The translations under genes and the position numbers were made by a program. The notes below the pieces were generated by a model. It did not search any database, had not been told where the DNA came from, and saw only the letters and a program-made list of their open reading frames with translations. A stretch of DNA of 32,000 nt from Sinorhizobium meliloti (GTDB taxonomy: Bacteria; Pseudomonadota; Alphaproteobacteria; Rhizobiales; Rhizobiaceae), in assembly GCF_017876815.1 (NCBI RefSeq), contig NZ_JAGIOS010000003.1, positions 750,001-782,000 of the forward strand, in the 5' to 3' direction. Position 1 is the stretch's first letter, and every line of letters begins with the position of its first letter. Shown here piece by piece: positions 1 through 8,831 of this stretch.

Positions 1-333
1 AAGGGTGTCGAAGTGAACGAACTGGTCCCGTGGAATGAGGACGGCGACCGCTGGCGGGTTCTCAGGGCTGAGTTTCCTCCCGGCTTCGACACCGCCGCCC
101 GTGTTCACGACTTTTTCTTTGGCGGAGATTTCCTGTTGCGCAGGCACGATTACCACGTCGACGGCGACACAGGCATCACGATCACCGAACTGGTTTCCGA
201 CTATGTCGATAATCACGGTATCAGGATGCCCAGTAAGTTGAGAGGATACCGCCGCTGTTCGGACCTCAATCCCGATCTTGCTCGCGTGCTGATATCCATA
301 GATATCAGCACGCTGGAATTTTCGGCCACTTAG
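1..333 (+). CDS. hypothetical protein, 3' end (5'-partial at window edge)
   Basis: Frame 1 is open from nt 1 to TAG at 331-333, so the ORF-track start at 13 is probably internal. No family recognised. Confidence 0.45.
   Translation, partial: KGVEVNELVPWNEDGDRWRVLRAEFPPGFDTAARVHDFFFGGDFLLRRHDYHVDGDTGITITELVSDYVDNHGIRMPSKLRGYRRCSDLNPDLARVLISIDISTLEFSAT
284..313. repeat. perfect 13-bp inverted repeat (stem 284-296 / 301-313, loop CATA) inside the 3' end of the first ORF
   Basis: GCGTGCTGATATC-CATA-GATATCAGCACGC read directly. A TTTT run lies 5 nt downstream. The ORF stop codon comes only at 331-333. Confidence 0.7.
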
Positions 334-382
334 CGTTTCGCTGAACGACGCGATTCTCCGCCAGGATGAAGAAGGAAACACG

Positions 383-1573
383 ATGAAGGACCTCACGCGC
401 TGCGTCGTTACACCAAAGGTTGATACGGAAGGCTTCGTGGCACTCGGTGCTGGAGTGTACCGTGCTTCAACAATCATGTTCGAGAATGCCGAGGCATATG
501 CCAACCGCGGAAAGCGCGGTCCCGACGGCTATAGCTATGGACTGTACGGTACGCCAACCACTCGAACACTCGAGGCCAAACTGACAGTCCTGGAGCAAGG
601 TGTCAGGACATTCCTTTTACCGTCTGGTCAAGCAGCAAACGCAATTGCGATGCTTCCGTTCCTCAGGGCGGGTGACGGCGTGCTCCTAGCCGATTCCGTT
701 TATCCTCCAGTACGCGATTTCGCCAATACGGACCTGGCTCGCTTCGGCGTCGAGGTTGGCTACTACGATCCTGCCGATCCATCCGATCTCGAAGCTCGCC
801 TTAACGACCGAACCAAGATCGTCTGGTGCGAGTCGCCAGGGTCTACAACTATGGAAGTCCAGGACCTTCCGAGGATCGCGGACATCGCTCATCGGTATGG
901 GGCATTGCTTGGCTGCGACAACACCTGGGCGACGCCGTTGAACTACAAGCCGCTGTCACTCGGAGCCGACATCGTCACGGAAGGGCTGACCAAGTATATT
1001 TCGGGACACTCCGATGTCTTGCTGGGATCGTTGACGGTCCGGGATGAACAGCTAACGGCTCCGATACGGTCTACGCTTGGAAGGTTGGGAATATGCGTCT
1101 CTCCTGACGACGCCTCGTTGGTTTTGAGAGGACTCGAAACACTTGGCGTCCGCATGAGACATGCCAGCGAAGGCGCATTGCAGTTGATCTCCCGGATTCA
1201 GGCAGCCGATATCGTGGACCGCGTTCTTCACCCTGCTCTGCCCACGAGCCCCGGACACTCGATCTGGAAACGAGATTTCCTCGGCTCGTCCGGTGTGTTC
1301 GGCATTGTTTTCAAGGAAGGTCTTTCGCGCCATGTCGCGCCCTCACTCGACGTGCTCAAGACGTTCGCGATCGGGGCGTCCTGGGGCGGAACACGCAGTC
1401 TGATCGCGCCGATGCCCGTGAAGGCCTACCGGTCGGTGACACAATGGGACGGAGATGATCTCATTCTGCGTCTTAGCGTCGGCTTAGAAGACCATCAAGA
1501 CCTCGTTGAAGATGTCGACGCTCTTCTCAAGGAGATTTCCGCACGGCGCTCCGCGTGGACCATCCCGCGCTGA
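383..1573 (+). CDS. metC: cystathionine beta-lyase-like PLP-dependent Cys/Met metabolism enzyme
   Basis: 396 aa. Has YGLYGTPTTRTLE, the PLP-lysine motif TKYISGHSDVLLG and C-terminal RLSVGLED, typical of the trans-sulfuration family. GAAGGAAA RBS lies just upstream of ATG 383. Confidence 0.85.
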   Translation: MKDLTRCVVTPKVDTEGFVALGAGVYRASTIMFENAEAYANRGKRGPDGYSYGLYGTPTTRTLEAKLTVLEQGVRTFLLPSGQAANAIAMLPFLRAGDGVLLADSVYPPVRDFANTDLARFGVEVGYYDPADPSDLEARLNDRTKIVWCESPGSTTMEVQDLPRIADIAHRYGALLGCDNTWATPLNYKPLSLGADIVTEGLTKYISGHSDVLLGSLTVRDEQLTAPIRSTLGRLGICVSPDDASLVLRGLETLGVRMRHASEGALQLISRIQAADIVDRVLHPALPTSPGHSIWKRDFLGSSGVFGIVFKEGLSRHVAPSLDVLKTFAIGASWGGTRSLIAPMPVKAYRSVTQWDGDDLILRLSVGLEDHQDLVEDVDALLKEISARRSAWTIPR

Positions 1574-1850
1574 AGAAGCTCGAAATGGGCTTACACGGCA
1601 GTGGCATGCGCCAAGTGAGGAACACCGCACAATACGAGTTTCTCAAAGCTCAAAGACAAAAGAGCGGATCAGATCGGAGACGAAGGGCGTCAAATGAGCC
1701 TGTTCGATCTTTTAACGCGTTGGAGAACACAACGTTGTAGCCGTGGTTGCTGAAGGGAACGTCGCGACGCTAATCGTTGTCGCTCCGGAAATTGCCGCAT
1801 TATTTGCGATCTTCCACGCCGGGGACGCCCCGCCGTAAGGTAGAGTACGG

Positions 1851-2192
1851 TCACGACTTCGATTTGACAGCATCCATTACTCGAGTGGAATAAACCAAAC
1901 CCGCGCCGGCGTTGACGCCGATCGCAGTGCCGAGGGCCTCAGCGATCTCTTCGCGCGTCGCACCGGCTTTTAAAGCGGCGTCCGTGTGGACAACGATGCA
2001 TCCATCGCAGCGCAAGGAGACTGCGGCCGCTAGCGCGATTAGTTCGTTTACCTTGGAGCCGAGCAAGTTGGATTTGCGAGCTGCTCCACCGATCGCCTGA
2101 TAGCCTCTGATCACATCCGGATTCAAGGAAGCGAGTTCACCGACGCCGGCGAGGACCTGGTCGTGATAGGAATTCCAATCGATCATTGACAT
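1851..2192 (-). CDS. carboxymuconolactone decarboxylase (AhpD-like) family protein
   Basis: ORF-track ORF trimmed to the ATG at 2192 (MSMIDWNSYHD...), which is preceded by GAGG. Has the CxxC motif LRCDGCIVVH and a CMD-type helical C-terminus. Sits 29 nt downstream of the MBL gene on the same strand. Confidence 0.8.
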   Translation of the reverse strand: MSMIDWNSYHDQVLAGVGELASLNPDVIRGYQAIGGAARKSNLLGSKVNELIALAAAVSLRCDGCIVVHTDAALKAGATREEIAEALGTAIGVNAGAGLVYSTRVMDAVKSKS

Positions 2193-2221
2193 GATATACC
2201 TCGTCGCGTGGTTTTTATCGC

Positions 2222-3187
2222 TCAGACGCCGTGATAGACAAGGCGGGTGAAGAACTCGGGGCCGATGACGAACTGTCCCCACTTCGCGTCGAATTGTTCA
2301 GTCGGCTTCGCGGCAATGACTTCATCGATCGGCTTTCCCTCGGCTTTCAGTCTGGCGACGTTCCCGCGGATATCGACGAGCATCTTCCTGTAGTCACTCA
2401 GTTCGGATTTCTTGCTCAGCGGCTGACCGTGGCCGGGTATGACGATCGTCTCGTCGGTGACGCGGGAGAGGATTTCCTCGACCGCCCTGATCTTGCCGTC
2501 GATCCCGCCCCCGGTCGAATAGTCTATAAACGGATAAATGCCATTCCAGTACAGGTCTCCGGTGTGGACGATATTCGCTTCGCGGAACGTGACCGAGATG
2601 TCGCCGTCCGTATGCGCGTTGGGGTGGTGCTTTAGCATCAGCGTCGACTTGTTGAGCTTGAGCGAGGTCTCATCGCCGACAGTTTCCGACGGCACGGCGG
2701 CAAGCGGTGGCCGCGGAAACTCGAAATCCCAGTCGTCCACTCTCTGGATCGTCATAAGGCGTTTCTTGGTGTTCTCGTGCGCAAGGATCACCGCACCTTC
2801 AGCGTTCAGCCATTCATTTCCGTCCGTGTGGTCGAAATGCCAGTGCGTGTTGATCAGATGCATGACAGGTTGCTTGCCAAGCCCAGCCAGGGCATCGAGT
2901 ATCCGGAGGCGGGAGGCGGTTATGCCTCCATCGACCAGGAGTTTCCCGTCCTCCCCGGTTAGAACGGCAATGTTCCCCCCTGACCCTTCCAGTATGGCGA
3001 CGCCGGCTCTGACCTCGTGCACCTTGATCGGTGCTTTCGCCGCCTCGTCGCGGATCATGTCGACGATGCCCTGCGCCTTGGCGAAAGCCTGGCGTGGGCT
3101 GAGCCAGCCTCCGGAGACAGCAAAGGTCGAGGCGGCCATGCAGCACAGACAAAACCCGCGGCGGGAAAGCTTTAAGTCTTGGGTCAT
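2222..3187 (-). CDS. MBL-fold metallo-hydrolase with twin-arginine (Tat) signal peptide
   Basis: 321 aa. N-terminus LSRRGFCLCCMAASTFAVSGG...AFA/KA. HxHxDH motif THWHFDHTDGN, followed by HTDGD and HTGD. AAAGGA RBS. Confidence 0.85.
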   Translation of the reverse strand: MTQDLKLSRRGFCLCCMAASTFAVSGGWLSPRQAFAKAQGIVDMIRDEAAKAPIKVHEVRAGVAILEGSGGNIAVLTGEDGKLLVDGGITASRLRILDALAGLGKQPVMHLINTHWHFDHTDGNEWLNAEGAVILAHENTKKRLMTIQRVDDWDFEFPRPPLAAVPSETVGDETSLKLNKSTLMLKHHPNAHTDGDISVTFREANIVHTGDLYWNGIYPFIDYSTGGGIDGKIRAVEEILSRVTDETIVIPGHGQPLSKKSELSDYRKMLVDIRGNVARLKAEGKPIDEVIAAKPTEQFDAKWGQFVIGPEFFTRLVYHGV

Positions 3188-3259
3188 GGAAGGTCCTTTT
3201 CCGGAATGGCGGCTCCAAGGAGCTTGGACATCACCTGAAGCCGCTCTGCCGCCGAGCGA

Positions 3260-4267
3260 TCATGCCTGGAAGAAAGCCAATAGATCGGGGTTGATGATGT
3301 CGGGGTGCGTGCTGCACATGCCATGTGGCAGACCCTTGTAGACCTTCAACGTGCCATGCTTTAGCAGCTTGATCGACAGCAGGGCGGCGTCGGCAATCGG
3401 AACAATCTGGTCATCGTCGCCGTGCATCACCAGCACAGGAACGTCGATCTTCTTCAGGTCTTGGGTGAAGTCTGTTTCGGAGAAGACCTTTATGCATTCA
3501 TAGTGCGCGATCGCTCCCCCGATCATTCCCTGTCGCCACCAATTCTGGATCAGTCCGGGCGAGACCTTTGCATCCTCCCGGTTAAAGCCGTAAAAAGGAC
3601 CAGTCGGGACGTCGAGGTAGAACTGCGCGCGGTTGGCGGCAAGTTGGGCGCGGAGATCGTCGAACACCTCGATCGGCAAGCCTCCTGGATTGCTGTCGGA
3701 CTTTAGCATCACGGGCGGAATCGCCGAGATGATCACCGCTTTAGCCACCCTGCCCTTGCCGTGCTGGGCGACATAGCGGGTGACTTCCCCGCCGCCGGTC
3801 GAATGCCCTACGTGGATCGCATCCCGCAGGTCGAGGGCCTCCGCAAGTTCCGCGACGTCGGCCGCGTATGTGTCCATGTCGTTGCCCGTGTCGGTCTGCG
3901 TCGAACGACCATGGCCGCGCCTGTCGTGCGCGATGACCCGGTAACCTTTGCCAAGGAAGAAGAGCATCTGGTTGTCCCAGTCATCGGCGCTCAGAGGCCA
4001 GCCGTGATGGAAGACGACGGGCTGGCCCTTTCCCCAGTCTTTGTAAAAAATTTGCGTTCCATCCCTTGTAGTGATCGTGCCCATGGTCTTTTCCTCGGCT
4101 GATGGTTGCTGCGTCTGAGCGTTCGCGGTCGGCACCGGAGCAAATGTTGCCGATCCGAAAAGGGAGGCTCCGACAGCCCCTGCGGCACCGCCCAAGACGG
4201 TGCGCCGTGAAACCGGTGCAAGTGATGATTTTCGGACCGTCATGGAGTTCATCCTGCATTGGGTCAT
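3260..4267 (-). CDS. alpha/beta hydrolase, non-heme haloperoxidase/perhydrolase (arylesterase) type, with Tat signal extension
   Basis: Mature part [30 protein letters not shown]...[10 protein letters not shown]...HGDDDQIVP...PHG matches cofactor-free chloroperoxidase-type enzymes end to end. About 60 extra N-terminal residues contain [18 protein letters not shown]...ANA/QT. Start is ambiguous (4267, 4252 or 4243). Confidence 0.85.
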   Translation of the reverse strand: MTQCRMNSMTVRKSSLAPVSRRTVLGGAAGAVGASLFGSATFAPVPTANAQTQQPSAEEKTMGTITTRDGTQIFYKDWGKGQPVVFHHGWPLSADDWDNQMLFFLGKGYRVIAHDRRGHGRSTQTDTGNDMDTYAADVAELAEALDLRDAIHVGHSTGGGEVTRYVAQHGKGRVAKAVIISAIPPVMLKSDSNPGGLPIEVFDDLRAQLAANRAQFYLDVPTGPFYGFNREDAKVSPGLIQNWWRQGMIGGAIAHYECIKVFSETDFTQDLKKIDVPVLVMHGDDDQIVPIADAALLSIKLLKHGTLKVYKGLPHGMCSTHPDIINPDLLAFFQA

Positions 4268-4445
4268 CCCCCAACCGCGGTTTGGACAAGCGCGGCTGAC
4301 GGGCGATTTCGATCGCGGTTGGCGATCGCTCCGTTGGCCTCCCAGGATAGGCAGGAGGGTGGGCTCGGCAATTATATGTTTCCGTTAGGCCAGAAAGCCC
4401 AACTGGTCGGATGTTCTGGATCGACGTATAGTCGCCGAAACTCCG

Positions 4446-6638
4446 GTGGTGCCAACCTGGGAGAATGTCGTGAGGGGGCTAGAATTGCGACAATACGCAC
4501 CTGCGCTTGCAGCAGGATGCGCCGGAACGGCTTTGGGAGTGATTAACCAGGAACCCTCAGGGGCGTTGTTCCTCGCCCTTGCCACGACAATGTTGATCAA
4601 ACGCAGGCATTTAGCGGTGGCGGCCGCGTTGCTGCTGATAGCCGTCTGCGCTCTCATTGTCTTCGTTCAAGCCAGCGGTTCCGCCGGTCTGACGCGCCCG
4701 GCGGCATTTCTGCTGTCCGCGCTGGCAATCGTCTGGCTCGCCGACCTATGGCGGCGGCGGATTGACACCGACGAACATCTGAACAACGCGAAACTGATCG
4801 TGGAAAGCATGCCAGGTCTCGGCTGGGCTACCGACGCAATGGGAAAATTTGTTTATGTGAACCCCAGCGTGGTCGAGTACGTGGGCAAGCGGACAGACGA
4901 ATTCAACGAAACCGGACGAACCGGACTGGAGGCCGTTCACCCCGACGATGCCGAGCGAGTGACGGAGGCATGGCTCACCAGCATGCGGACGGGCACGTCC
5001 TTCCAGTCGATACACCGCATAAGGCGGGCCGACGGCGAGTATCGCTGGTTCCAGGCGTACGGACGCCCCCATTTCGATGCGCAGGGCGATATACTGGGGT
5101 GGTTTGGAACGACCATCGATGTCGATGAAAAGAAGCGCGCTGAGCAGCGGCTGGCGGAAAGCGAGCGGCAGCTTCGCACTCTGATCGATACGATGCCGGT
5201 TATGATATGGTGCGGCTCCCCGTCGGGTGAGCCGATCTATCAGAACCCGAAGACGCTCGAGTATCTCGGGGCCACGTTCGAGGAGATCAAAGAGAACAAC
5301 TTCGGTGTTGTCCATCCCGATGACGCCGAAGGTTTCCAGTCCGCATGGGCGGACTGCGTCGAACGGAAGGCATCGCTCTCGCTGATCTGTCGGCTGCGCT
5401 ACAAGGACGGAACCCACCGTTGGAACAGGATAGACGCGGCCCCGCTCCTCGGCGAAGACGGTGAGATAATCGAATGGTATGGGACCAACGTCGATATCGA
5501 AGAGCTTCATCAGACGCAGGAAGAGCTCCGGTCAAACGCAGAGCGGCTGAAACTGATGCTCGACACACTTCCCGCCTTTGTGTGGTGCGCCAGCCCGGAG
5601 GGACAGCCGACCTATTTCAACGAGCCACTGATGAAGTATTCCGGTGTGACACTCGAGGAGCTTCGCGGCGTCGATGGTTCCGGCTTCGCCCCGATGATCA
5701 GCAACCTCGTTCACCCTGCTGACGCGCCGTTCCTGCGAGACCGCTTCGAGCAGTCCTTCAAGTCCGGCGAACCGATCGCTTTGAAATACCGCCATCGCCT
5801 GGCCGACGGCAATTACCATCTTGTGGACTGCCGAGCGCGTGTCCTGCGCGATCGCCAGAGCAGGCTGTTCCAGTGGTACGGCGTCATCGTCGACGTGGAG
5901 GATGAGGCCCAGGCGCAAGCACAGCTGCAGAAAGCCCAGCACCAGCTCGAACTCGCAACGCGCGCTGCAAGTCTCTCGGAGCTATCCGCTTCGATAGCGC
6001 ATGAATTAAACCAGCCTTTGGTGGCCGTCACCACCAACAGCAGCGCCACCGCGCAATGGCTAAGTGCGACGCCACCCAACATCGACAGGGCGAGGTCCAG
6101 CGCCAAGAAGGCCGCAGACGCCGCCAGCGACGCAGCCGAAGTTATCAGCCGGATCAAGGCACTCTTCAGGCAGTCGGGCGGAGCGAAATATCCAGGTGAC
6201 ATCAACGAGGTCATTTTGGAGGCCTGCACGCTGCTGCGTGAAAGGATCGCCGGATCGAAATGCGATCTGCGAACGCATCTGGAGCCGAACCTGCCGAACG
6301 CGACCTTCGACAAGGGCCTCATCCTCCAGGTGGTTGTGAACCTCGTTCAGAACGCGATGGACGCCATGGCGACGTTGAACGGAGCAGTGCGGCTGCTGGA
6401 GATTCGGTCCCGGTTCGAGAATGGGAAAATCCTGGTGGACGTGCGCGACAGCGGCGTCGGCCTCCAGGATGCCGAGAAGATATTCGAACCGTTCTACACC
6501 ACGAAGCACAACGGCATGGGGATCGGGCTGTCGATCTGCCGTAGTATCGTGGGAGCACACGCAGGAACGCTCTGGGCCTCACCATCGGAACCATCCGGCA
6601 CGGTTTTTACCTTTGCACTTCCCTTATCCGGAGGATAA
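4446..6638 (+). CDS. membrane-associated sensor histidine kinase with three tandem PAS domains (FixL/NarL-partner HisKA type)
   Basis: 730 aa. Hydrophobic N-terminus. Three repeats of a PAS_3-like module (VHPDD...R.RR.DGEYRW...W.GT..D). H-box SASIAHELNQPL. ATPase motifs NLVQNAMDAM, DSGVGL, GMGIGLSI. The start codon (GTG 4446) is uncertain. Confidence 0.9.
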   Translation: MVPTWENVVRGLELRQYAPALAAGCAGTALGVINQEPSGALFLALATTMLIKRRHLAVAAALLLIAVCALIVFVQASGSAGLTRPAAFLLSALAIVWLADLWRRRIDTDEHLNNAKLIVESMPGLGWATDAMGKFVYVNPSVVEYVGKRTDEFNETGRTGLEAVHPDDAERVTEAWLTSMRTGTSFQSIHRIRRADGEYRWFQAYGRPHFDAQGDILGWFGTTIDVDEKKRAEQRLAESERQLRTLIDTMPVMIWCGSPSGEPIYQNPKTLEYLGATFEEIKENNFGVVHPDDAEGFQSAWADCVERKASLSLICRLRYKDGTHRWNRIDAAPLLGEDGEIIEWYGTNVDIEELHQTQEELRSNAERLKLMLDTLPAFVWCASPEGQPTYFNEPLMKYSGVTLEELRGVDGSGFAPMISNLVHPADAPFLRDRFEQSFKSGEPIALKYRHRLADGNYHLVDCRARVLRDRQSRLFQWYGVIVDVEDEAQAQAQLQKAQHQLELATRAASLSELSASIAHELNQPLVAVTTNSSATAQWLSATPPNIDRARSSAKKAADAASDAAEVISRIKALFRQSGGAKYPGDINEVILEACTLLRERIAGSKCDLRTHLEPNLPNATFDKGLILQVVVNLVQNAMDAMATLNGAVRLLEIRSRFENGKILVDVRDSGVGLQDAEKIFEPFYTTKHNGMGIGLSICRSIVGAHAGTLWASPSEPSGTVFTFALPLSGG

Positions 6639-6642
6639 CGCA

Positions 6643-7278
6643 ATGTCCCACGGGGACCATGCCGTATTCGTCATAGACGACGACAAGCGCGTTCGGGATG
6701 GGCTTTCCGAATTGCTTGAATCGCGGGGGATAGGCGTGACGACGTTCGCGTCGGCAAGGGAATACCTCAAAGCCCCAAAGCCGGAGAATCCTTCATGTCT
6801 CGTGCTCGACGTGCGACTTCCAGACATCGACGGGTTCGAGCTCCAGGCCCGGTTGGCAAATGAACCGCACCCACCGATCGTTTTCATAACCGGGCACGGA
6901 GACATCCCCATGACGGTTCGCGCCATGAAACTCGGCGCGGTGGATTTTCTTGCCAAACCGTTCAGGGATCACGAACTGCTTGCCGCGATCCAAACGGCAC
7001 TCGAGCGCGATCGCGAGGCACGTCGCGACCGATCCGTACTCAATGAGCTGCAAGGCAGACTGAATCGCCTGTCCGCAAGGGAACGAGACGTCCTTCCCCT
7101 CGTTGTGAGTGGACTGATGAATAAACAGGGAGCCGCCGAACTTGGAATCAGCGAGATCACCTTCCAAATCCACCGAGGCAATCTTATGCGCAAGATGCAC
7201 GCGGACTCGTTGGCCGACCTGGTGCGGATCGCCACCAAGCTCGGCATACCTATCACGCACTCCCGACATGGAAACTAA
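6643..7278 (+). CDS. FixJ/LuxR-family response regulator (REC + HTH)
   Basis: ORF-track ORF 6421..7278 trimmed to ATG 6643 (MSHGDHAVFVIDDD...). GGAGGA RBS at 6629-6634, with a 4-nt gap after the kinase stop. Receiver residues present (DDD, VLDVRLPD, TGHGD, AKP). LuxR-type HTH: ERDVLPLVVSGLMNKQGAAELGISEITFQIHR. Confidence 0.9.
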   Translation: MSHGDHAVFVIDDDKRVRDGLSELLESRGIGVTTFASAREYLKAPKPENPSCLVLDVRLPDIDGFELQARLANEPHPPIVFITGHGDIPMTVRAMKLGAVDFLAKPFRDHELLAAIQTALERDREARRDRSVLNELQGRLNRLSARERDVLPLVVSGLMNKQGAAELGISEITFQIHRGNLMRKMHADSLADLVRIATKLGIPITHSRHGN

Positions 7279-7281
7279 GGG

Positions 7282-7662
7282 ATGCTAGCGCAGGACAGCC
7301 ATACTTTCGCGATCGTGGACGACGACAAACGGGTTCTGGACGGACTGCGGGAGCTTCTGGAGTCCGTCGGCTACGTCGTTCGGACGTACCGCTCGCCTCG
7401 GTCGTTTCTCTCGACTGAAGACCTCTCCACATGTCACTGCGTGATCACCGACATCAGAATGCCGTCCATGGATGGTTTCGAGCTGGAGCAAGCCGTGAGA
7501 AGTCGGGAGCCCGCAATGCCGATGATATTGATGACCGGCCGCAACGACATCGACGACCTCGGCTTCCCAGGAGCCGACGATCGCAGGGTCTTCATGCGAA
7601 AACCCCTCAACAGTCAGGTGCTGTTGCAGGCTATCACGCGGCTTCTCGCATTTCGGCGATGA
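7282..7662 (+). CDS. single-domain (receiver-only) response regulator, paralog of the upstream FixJ-type REC
   Basis: 126 aa. Has IVDDDKRVLDGLRELLES, the phospho-acceptor context VITDIRMPSMDG, and MTG...RKP. No output domain. Starts 3 nt after the upstream stop. Confidence 0.8.
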   Translation: MLAQDSHTFAIVDDDKRVLDGLRELLESVGYVVRTYRSPRSFLSTEDLSTCHCVITDIRMPSMDGFELEQAVRSREPAMPMILMTGRNDIDDLGFPGADDRRVFMRKPLNSQVLLQAITRLLAFRR

Positions 7663-8285
7663 CGCCGGCCGCCGAGCCTCCGTACGTGTCGGATACGCGT
7701 TTACGGTATTCACTTGGCACTATCCCCATTACCTTCGTGAAGGCCTTGGTAAACGCTGCCTCGGACTGATAACCGATGCTCCGCGCGATGACGGAAAGCC
7801 TATCCGCGTTTCTCTCAATCAGCCTTGCAGCCTGGTGAATTCGCCACTCAGTCAGATATGCCAGGGGAGTTTGTCCGACGACAACTTTGAAACGGGCCGC
7901 GAAAGCCGAACGGGACATGCCGGCTTTCTTTGCCAGTTCATCCACCGTCCAGGCTATTTGCGCCTTCGCATGCATTGCTTCGATCGCCAAGGCCAGATTC
8001 CTGTCGAAGACAGCCGCTAGCCATCCTCGCTTAGGCGTCGACCCTTGTTGCGCGAATGCCCGTATCGCATGAATGAAGAGCAGTTCGAACAGGCGTCGCA
8101 CGACGGCGTCCGAACCCAATCCCGGAGCATCTGCTTCCGCCGCGAGCAACTCCAGCACCGACTGGAACGCTCGGCTACGGTACTGCTCAGATTTCAGGTG
8201 AAGTAGTTTTGGCAGCACATTCCAAAGTCGTGAACTTAGCCTTCCTCATTCGCATCGAAGAGAAGATGTCGGTCAACAGGTCCAA
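7634..8285 (-). pseudogene. AraC-family regulator (cupin-type N-domain class) with internal deletion of the sensor domain
   Basis: The 194-aa ORF (7634..8218) carries only the linker plus the double HTH (WTVDELAKKAGMSRSAFAARFK...SIGYQSEAAFTKAFTKVMG). A family-typical N-terminus (L)DLLTDIFSSMRMRKAKF is encoded at 8285 downward in another frame and ends after 33 codons. No RBS precedes GTG 8218. Confidence 0.6.
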
Positions 8286-8345
8286 CTAAATGTTCCTATG
8301 ATGGACGATCGAGCCAAAACTTGGGACGATCGTGACTGAAAGCTC

Positions 8346-8831
8346 TTGCTGTTCGTCGCTATATGGTGGAGCGAAAAGGAGATTCCAATTGCAAAACCAT
8401 TTCGCGTTAGTCGAAACCGAACGTCGAAGGCTCGCTACTGCCGATACGTGGACACCCAAAATTGGGTGGAGTTCGCTGCGTTGTTCGCACGTGAACCCAC
8501 CATCCGCTTCTTCGGCGAAGACGGAATCGCGCTGGCTGAATTCGATTCCTTCGACGAATTCCTTGCCGCCACCAAGGCCTACCTCGCCGGGGCCAGGACC
8601 ATTCACCAAGTCCACAAGATCGACGTCATCACGGAAGAGGAAGTCCGCGCCATCTGGTCGATGGAAGACTACCTGCTTTTTCCCGACGGCGATGACCTCC
8701 GCCCGGCCTCGATGCACGGGTACGGCCACTATCACGAAACCTGGCGGCTCGAAGACGGACAATGGCGCTTGGCGCACCTGGAGCTTCACCGCACGATCCT
8801 AGAAATCAAGCCGAAGGAGATCGCGGCATGA
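8346..8831 (+). CDS. SnoaL-like / NTF2-fold protein
   Basis: ARYCRYVDTQNWVEFAALF...WSMEDYL...HYHETWRLEDGQWRLAHLEL is a typical SnoaL_4-like pattern. The start (TTG 8346) is uncertain. The stop overlaps the next start (ATGA at 8828-8831). Confidence 0.7.
   Translation: MLFVAIWWSEKEIPIAKPFRVSRNRTSKARYCRYVDTQNWVEFAALFAREPTIRFFGEDGIALAEFDSFDEFLAATKAYLAGARTIHQVHKIDVITEEEVRAIWSMEDYLLFPDGDDLRPASMHGYGHYHETWRLEDGQWRLAHLELHRTILEIKPKEIAA

Noticed and set aside
1806-1850. CGGGG-CGT-CCCCG hairpin after the CMD gene as an intrinsic terminator.
   Set aside because: The stem is only 5 bp, with a 3-nt loop and no following U-run.
4300-4335. GCGATTTCGATCGC and GCGATCGC palindromes in the divergent hydrolase/kinase intergenic region.
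   Set aside because: These are short (5-8 bp) GC-rich palindromes expected by chance at this GC content, and they match no known operator.
4746-5510. Long antisense or out-of-frame ORFs overlapping clear genes. Examples: 4746..5510(-), 5813..6322(-), 9966..10976(-), 10634..11299(-), 15965..16771(+), 17629..18195(+), 19960..20655(-), 24820..25635(+), 29623..30318(-), 30412..30816(+), 2538..3341(+).
   Set aside because: These are typical shadow ORFs of high-GC DNA. They are rich in Arg, Pro, Ala and Ser, have no recognisable motifs, and each is fully covered by a gene with strong family signatures on the other strand or frame.
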